DNA of 64,000 nt. It comes from Eledone cirrhosa (Eukaryota). Under the pieces are notes generated by a model. The model saw nothing but the letters and a program-made list of their open reading frames with translations. It did no database searches and was not told where the DNA came from. The DNA lies in the NCBI GenBank assembly GCA_964016885.1, contig OZ024748.1, positions 33,232,001 through 33,296,000 on the forward strand. The letters run 5' to 3'. The first letter of the stretch is position 1; each line of letters begins with the position of its first letter. Positions 55,206 to 64,000 of this stretch are shown piece by piece. Position numbers and translations under genes: made by a program.

Positions 55206-55272
55206 GTATTTATATATATATGTATATATATATATATTTATATATATATGTATATATATATATAATTATATA

Positions 55273-55351
<79 letters not shown>

Positions 55352-55381
55352 ATATATATGTATATATATATATGTATATAT

Positions 55382-55501
<120 letters not shown>

Positions 55502-55510
55502 GTATATGTA

Positions 55511-55563
<53 letters not shown>

Positions 55564-55580
55564 GTATATGTATATATATG

Positions 55581-55634
<54 letters not shown>

Positions 55635-55655
55635 TATATATGTATATCTATGTAT

Positions 55656-55737
<82 letters not shown>

Positions 55738-55818
55738 GTATATTTATGTATATGTATATGTGTATATGTATATATATATGTATATGTATATATATATATA
55801 TGTATATATATGCATATG

Positions 55819-55911
<93 letters not shown>

Positions 55912-55917
55912 GTATAT

Positions 55918-59013
<3,096 letters not shown>

Positions 59014-59056
59014 TATGTTTATATATATATATATATGTATACATATATATATATAT

Positions 59057-59125
<69 letters not shown>

Positions 59126-59161
59126 TATAAATACATATATATATATACATATATATATCAC

Positions 59162-60015
59162 CAGATAAAATATATACCATTTCCTCTCCCAATGGTTAAT
59201 CTCCCAATTAACCATATGAAATGGAATAGACCAAGCTATAAGAATAAGGCTTCTCTGAAGAAATCTCCAACAAATAACCGAAACTAGCCCTTCGCGCCGG
59301 CTGCGATGGAATATTTATCGAATATTTCGACAGCGTAATCGCTCTAATATACAGTCAATTAAACAGAATTAGGTGTAAAATAAATTAGGAGAAAAGTGAA
59401 CACATTTAATTACCTCGACCGTCAGGTTGAGATACAAATTTGGCTGTATTGTGCTGCGCTTTCAAGCAAAAAGCCACCAGCGGTAAGCAACTAACCACAT
59501 TCCTTCTAACCTGACCGCTGCTACGTCACGATTCTTAGCCATTTTTGAATGTATTCTTGGCGCGATCACTTTGGAAAATTTATTGTCAAAATTTAAGCTG
59601 ACTTCCTGAGGAGTCCGGTGCTTAAGATTCCGAAGCTATCGGATATCTTAAAATGCGGACGAAACCATGGTCGAGGTATTTAAATGTGTTCACTTTTCTC
59701 CTAGTTTATTTTACACCTAATTCTGTTTAATTGACTGTATATCTGGGCGATTACGCTGTCGAAATATTCGATAAATATTCCGTCGCAGCCGGCACGAAGG
59801 GCTAGTTTCGGTTATTTGTTGGAGATTTGTTCATAGATGCCTTATTATTATAGCTTGGTCTATTCGATTTTTTATATGGTTAATTATGCTAATTGGGAGA
59901 GGAAATGGTATATATTTTATCTGCTGATTCTATAGACATGTTTTATTATATATAGCTCTGATTATTTAATTTATTAACTTTTCATTGAGCCACAAAGTGA
60001 CCCGTTGCAAAACAC

Positions 60016-60016
<1 letters not shown>
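59162..60016 (+). mobile_element. Solo PLE pLTR with inverted arms (59162-59420 / 59669-59923)
   Basis: ~255-bp imperfect inverted repeat with an HHR at the inner junction. (TA)n flanks. Confidence 0.78.
59601..59677 (+). ncRNA. Type I hammerhead ribozyme, family J
   Basis: ACTTC-CTGAGGA-GTCCG..TTAAGAT-TCCGA-AGCTA-TCGGA-TATCTTAA..CGGAC-GAAA-C-CATG-G-TC-GAGGT. Confidence 0.88.
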
Positions 60017-60069
<53 letters not shown>

Positions 60070-60079
60070 CTTTATATAC

Positions 60080-60130
<51 letters not shown>

Positions 60131-60136
60131 CATATA

Positions 60137-60187
<51 letters not shown>

Positions 60188-61470
60188 CGAAGGAAATGTG
60201 GTAAGGAACCAGGTGGACCATAACGCACCAAAGTACTCAATACTTGAGGTAGTAGAGTGGGTAATAGGAACCAGTAAGACCCCGACAGCTGAGCTCAAGC
60301 CGTTTCGACGGCTAATTCTGGACTAAATGAACATTTATCCTGGTATTTAAATAGCCGATCTTCTCAAGGGGTAATTCCATATATGGTCAAAGTGATTGTC
60401 AAAAATCAGTAGTAATTCTGTGGTTGCAAATTAGTAGGGGAGATGGTGGCTAAACCTGCCAGTAGGAGAAAGAGGGGAGGGGGTGGAGTAGACCCAATCA
60501 AGCGTTGGTAGTGCCAGCTACAGCTGGGCATGAGGTCAAAGAAGATACAGGGGAGGGGGAGGGGGAGGAAGTCGGAACGGTAGGTAGAACAATGGGGGGT
60601 AAAAATAGGAAAGAAAAAATACTGAGAGTGAAGAAAAGCAAAAAAGTGTAAAGAAAAAATTAAATTCTACGACCTAGGTGTCAGGCTATTGTTAGGCGAG
60701 AATAAAATAAAGAAAGAAAGAAAGAAGTAAATAAATAAATAAATAAATAAATAAGGAAATAAGTAAAAGAACTAGGTGGGACGAATTAAGCAAGGACCCT
60801 TTTAAGAGGTATAAGTACGTAAATGATACGGTGACTGGTCAACAAAAGGGGCCAAAATACTAAAGAGACTACCACGAAATAAACAATAAAGGTTTCCATC
60901 CCGGGCCAGCAACGACCCAGTGCAGCAAAGTGAACTTGTACGACATAATAATTCTGAGTCCCGGGAAAAATATATACTAATGCTAACTCTAAAAGATCTA
61001 AAACAAGCTACATGAAAGTTCGTACGAAATAAAGGTAGAATACGGAGAAATAAGTTCAGAATCCACCCCGCCCAGAAGAAAAGCGAAGCAAGAAATACTG
61101 AAACGAAAAAATAAGGCATAAGTGCCACTAAGAAATAAAGAGGGCACAGAGAATAGTGGGAGCGGTCGGAAAAGGGGGGCAAGTATCCGGGGTCTAAGCC
61201 AACTGCTATAAAGGGCGGAGTCCGCCAAATCTATCAAAGACTAGGGGAGGGGGGAGTGGGGGTACTAAGGCTACATGGGGCCAAAGGGCAGCCTCGGGTG
61301 GGCGAGAAAAGACGCCGACAAAGGAGAAGAGCTGGGGTAGAAGGACAAAGGAGAGAGGGGGGAAGGAAATAAAGGATGCGATAAAAGAATACAAAGAAGA
61401 TCTTACGTCTTCCTTGGCAAGCAGGGGTTACCCATTGCAAAATCGGCAACTGGGGTGTTAAAGCCCTAGT

Positions 61471-62594
61471 CTACCCCCCCGGGTCATTATGGGGTTTGAG
61501 GGCGAGGTAAGTCCTACGCAATCTATGTTTACATGCAGTAACCAGTTCATCTTTCTTGTTTAGGAGTTGGTCCGTCGAAAACAGCATTTGTAAAGTTTCC
61601 TCCGAGCATAAATTGCACGGACGGCGTCCTCCCGTGTAAGAATTGGCTCTGGACAGTAATCTCCAAGTGAGATCATAGGTGATGTTGTTGTCCTTGAGGT
61701 CCCATATGTGGCCCGAAAGTGTAGTGGCGTGACGCCGGGCCGGGTTTCGGAAGGTATGTCTATGTTGGTATAGCCGGGTCTTGAAGTCACATGCGGTAAG
61801 TCCTATATAGGCTTTGTTGGAGGTATCCGTCCTCACGTTGCACTGGTAGATCACATTACGGTCTCTGCATCTATTGTCGAGTGGGCAAATAGATCTATCC
61901 GGGCAGTTACACCTCCTGGTCGGTTCTCCACTGCTATTTAGGTTATTTCTGCCATCGGGGTTGAGTTTTTTGTTGTTAGAGGAGACGATGTTTTGTGCGA
62001 AGTTTGGTGTAGTGCTGTAAGAGAGTTTGATGGTATTTTTGTTAATTATGTTGTGGTAGCGGTGTTGTAATGGGAAGTGTTTTTCAATGAGCCTAAAGAA
62101 TAGTTTCCCGATGGGAGTAGTCACCTCTGCGTTGTGGGGAGGATTGAACCATGTTACATTGCGTGAGCGGCGGTGTCTCCTGCTGGTTCCGCTAATGGGA
62201 TCTGGACAGTAGGATATTTCCTCCCGGAAACCACTCCGCTTGAGGGCCTGGTTGTAATAAGGCGCATGTTCATCGAATATCCGCTCATTAGCTGACAAAC
62301 GGGATATGCGGAGGGAGATGTTTTTGACCAGGTTGTTTGTGATGTTCCTAGGATGGTTTGATCGGCGGTGGATGTAGTGCAGATTGTCATTAGGTTTCCT
62401 GTATGGGTAGTACAGGTCGTTTTCGAGGTCGAGGGTTACGTCCAGGAAGTTTACTCGGGTCAGGGACGTTTGTAGGGTTATTTTAAATCCCCAGTCGCGG
62501 AAGAATCTGATTAATTGTTTCCGGACCCGATCTGTACTACTGGGGTTGTACCCTTTAAGGGTAAGGAGCCCATCATCACGGTACAATCCACCAC
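61471..62594 (-). CDS. PLE RT C-terminal half + GIY-YIG endonuclease (5'-truncated, uninterrupted)
   Basis: GGLYRDDGL, FLDV, SNHP, WFNPP, CNC..CPL..C, VIY..YIGLT..FKTRLYQH, CNLC, CKH. Confidence 0.92.
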
Positions 62595-63548
62595 CTCCTT
62601 TGTCGGCGTCTTTTCTCGCCCACCCGAGGCTGCCCTTTGGCCCCATGTAGCCTTAGTACCCCCACTCCCCCCTCCCCTAGTCTTTGATAGATTTGGCGGA
62701 CTCCGCCCTTTATAGCAGTTGGCTTAGACCCCGGATACTTGCCCCCCTTTTCCGACCGCTCCCACTATTCTCTGTGCCCTCTTTATTTCTTAGTGGCACT
62801 TATGCCTTATTTTTTCGTTTCAGTATTTCTTGCTTCGCTTTTCTTCTGGGCGGGGTGGATTCTGAACTTATTTCTCCGTATTCTACCTTTATTTCGTACG
62901 AACTTTCATGTAGCTTGTTTTAGATCTTTTAGAGTTAGCATTAGTATATATTTTTCCCGGGACTCAGAATTATTATGTCGTACAAGTTCACTTTGCTGCA
63001 CTGGGTCGTTGCTGGCCCGGGATGGAAACCTTTATTGTTTATTTCGTGGTAGTCTCTTTAGTATTTTGGCCCCTTTTGTTGACCAGTCACCGTATCATTT
63101 ACGTACTTATACCTCTTAAAAGGGTCCTTGCTTAATTCGTCCCACCTAGTTCTTTTACTTATTTCCTTATTTATTTATTTATTTATTTATTTACTTCTTT
63201 CTTTCTTTCTTTATTTTATTCTCGCCTAACAATAGCCTGACACCTAGGTCGTAGAATTTAATTTTTTCTTTACACTTTTTTGCTTTTCTTCACTCTCAGT
63301 ATTTTTTCTTTCCTATTTTTACCCCCCATTGTTCTACCTACCGTTCCGACTTCCTCCCCCTCCCCCTCCCCTGTATCTTCTTTGACCTCATGCCCAGCTG
63401 TAGCTGGCACTACCAACGCTTGATTGGGTCTACTCCACCCCCTCCCCTCTTTCTCCTACTGGCAGGTTTAGCCACCATCTCCCCTACTAATTTGCAACCA
63501 CAGAATTACTACTGATTTTTGACAATCACTTTGACCATATATGGAATT

Positions 63549-63642
63549 ACCCCTTGAGAAGATCGGCTATTTAAATACCAGGATAAATGTTCATTTAGTC
63601 CAGAATTAGCCGTCGAAACGGCTTGAGCTCAGCTGTCGGGGT
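63549..63642 (+). ncRNA. Type I hammerhead, family K, UUGAGAA (U3-A8) core; mirror copy 60279-60372 (-)
   Basis: ACCCC-TTGAGAA-GA(T)CGGCTA..TAGCCGTC-GAAA-CGGCT-TGAGCTC-AGCTG-TC-GGGGT. Confidence 0.83.
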
Positions 63643-63827
63643 CTTACTGGTTCCTATTACCCACTCTACTACCTCAAGTATTGAGTACTTTGGTGCGTTA
63701 TGGTCCACCTGGTTCCTTACCACATTTCCTTCGTTATCTAGCTCCTACTCCCGTAGTAGAGCACTTTCCGAACCTACCACGCCGTATCCAGACTTTTCCG
63801 CTAAGCTCAATTCATTTCACCCGCACC

Positions 63828-64000
63828 ATGCGAAAACACAACATTGACTTCTCTACCAAGAACATCCCAATCCCACCGAAAAAACTTTACCTTCGGATGC
63901 TCACGCAAAAAATTGATCTATTTGCGAAAAGACTTAGATGGAGAACTTTTTTCTATGACAGATATTGCGACAACCAAGACTTCGGCACCAAGGAGAGATT
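63828..64000 (+). CDS. PLE polyprotein N-terminus (open to window end; not in ORF track)
   Basis: MRKHNIDFSTKNIPIPPKKLYLRMLTQKIDLFAKRLRWRTFFYDR aligns with MEKHYLDMSLENIPTQGKKEYLLSMIQKTNEFIRRVRWKTLHYDR at 51693. Confidence 0.88.
   Translation, partial: MRKHNIDFSTKNIPIPPKKLYLRMLTQKIDLFAKRLRWRTFFYDRYCDNQDFGTKER

Larger units (their letters stand above)
60184..64000. mobile_element. Young PLE (probably Naiad-type): inverted 5'-truncated copy (60184-62594, -) joined to the pLTR and ORF start of a plus-strand copy running off the window
   Basis: 1143-bp inverted arms 60184-61326 / 62595-63737 with no differences noticed. Intact minus-strand RT-C + GIY-YIG reading frame. Confidence 0.93.

Overview
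Eukaryotic, very AT- and microsatellite-rich, transposon-dominated window. The [15 protein letters not shown]-type C2H2 zinc-finger arrays and the repeat content suggest a cephalopod (Octopus-like) genome; this is inference. Host content is limited to one frameshifted C2H2-ZNF array (40619-41396 +) and one ZNF pseudogene (~10105-10530 -). The rest comprises five minus-strand RTE-clade LINE copies, a CR1-type fragment, two tRNA-derived SINE families, a non-autonomous LTR element with a tRNA-Trp PBS, several MITEs, and about a dozen Penelope-like element (PLE; RT + GIY-YIG) insertions or non-autonomous derivatives, most flanked by (TA)n tracts and showing inverted-pLTR architecture. The ORF track does not show the main signal: reading the non-coding PLE arms by eye gives about 26 type I hammerhead ribozyme (HHR) motifs in about 11 sequence families. 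These include two families of head-to-tail 0.4-0.55 kb non-coding repeats with one HHR per unit (non-LTR retrozyme / circRNA candidates, one with a conserved octamer motif), two unrelated families with a compensatory U3-A8 core (UUGAnAA), a U4C core, and HHRs with greatly extended stem II or stem III. All folds were derived by hand. Element boundaries are approximate (tens of bp). Most short ORFs in the track are microsatellite or antisense artefacts.
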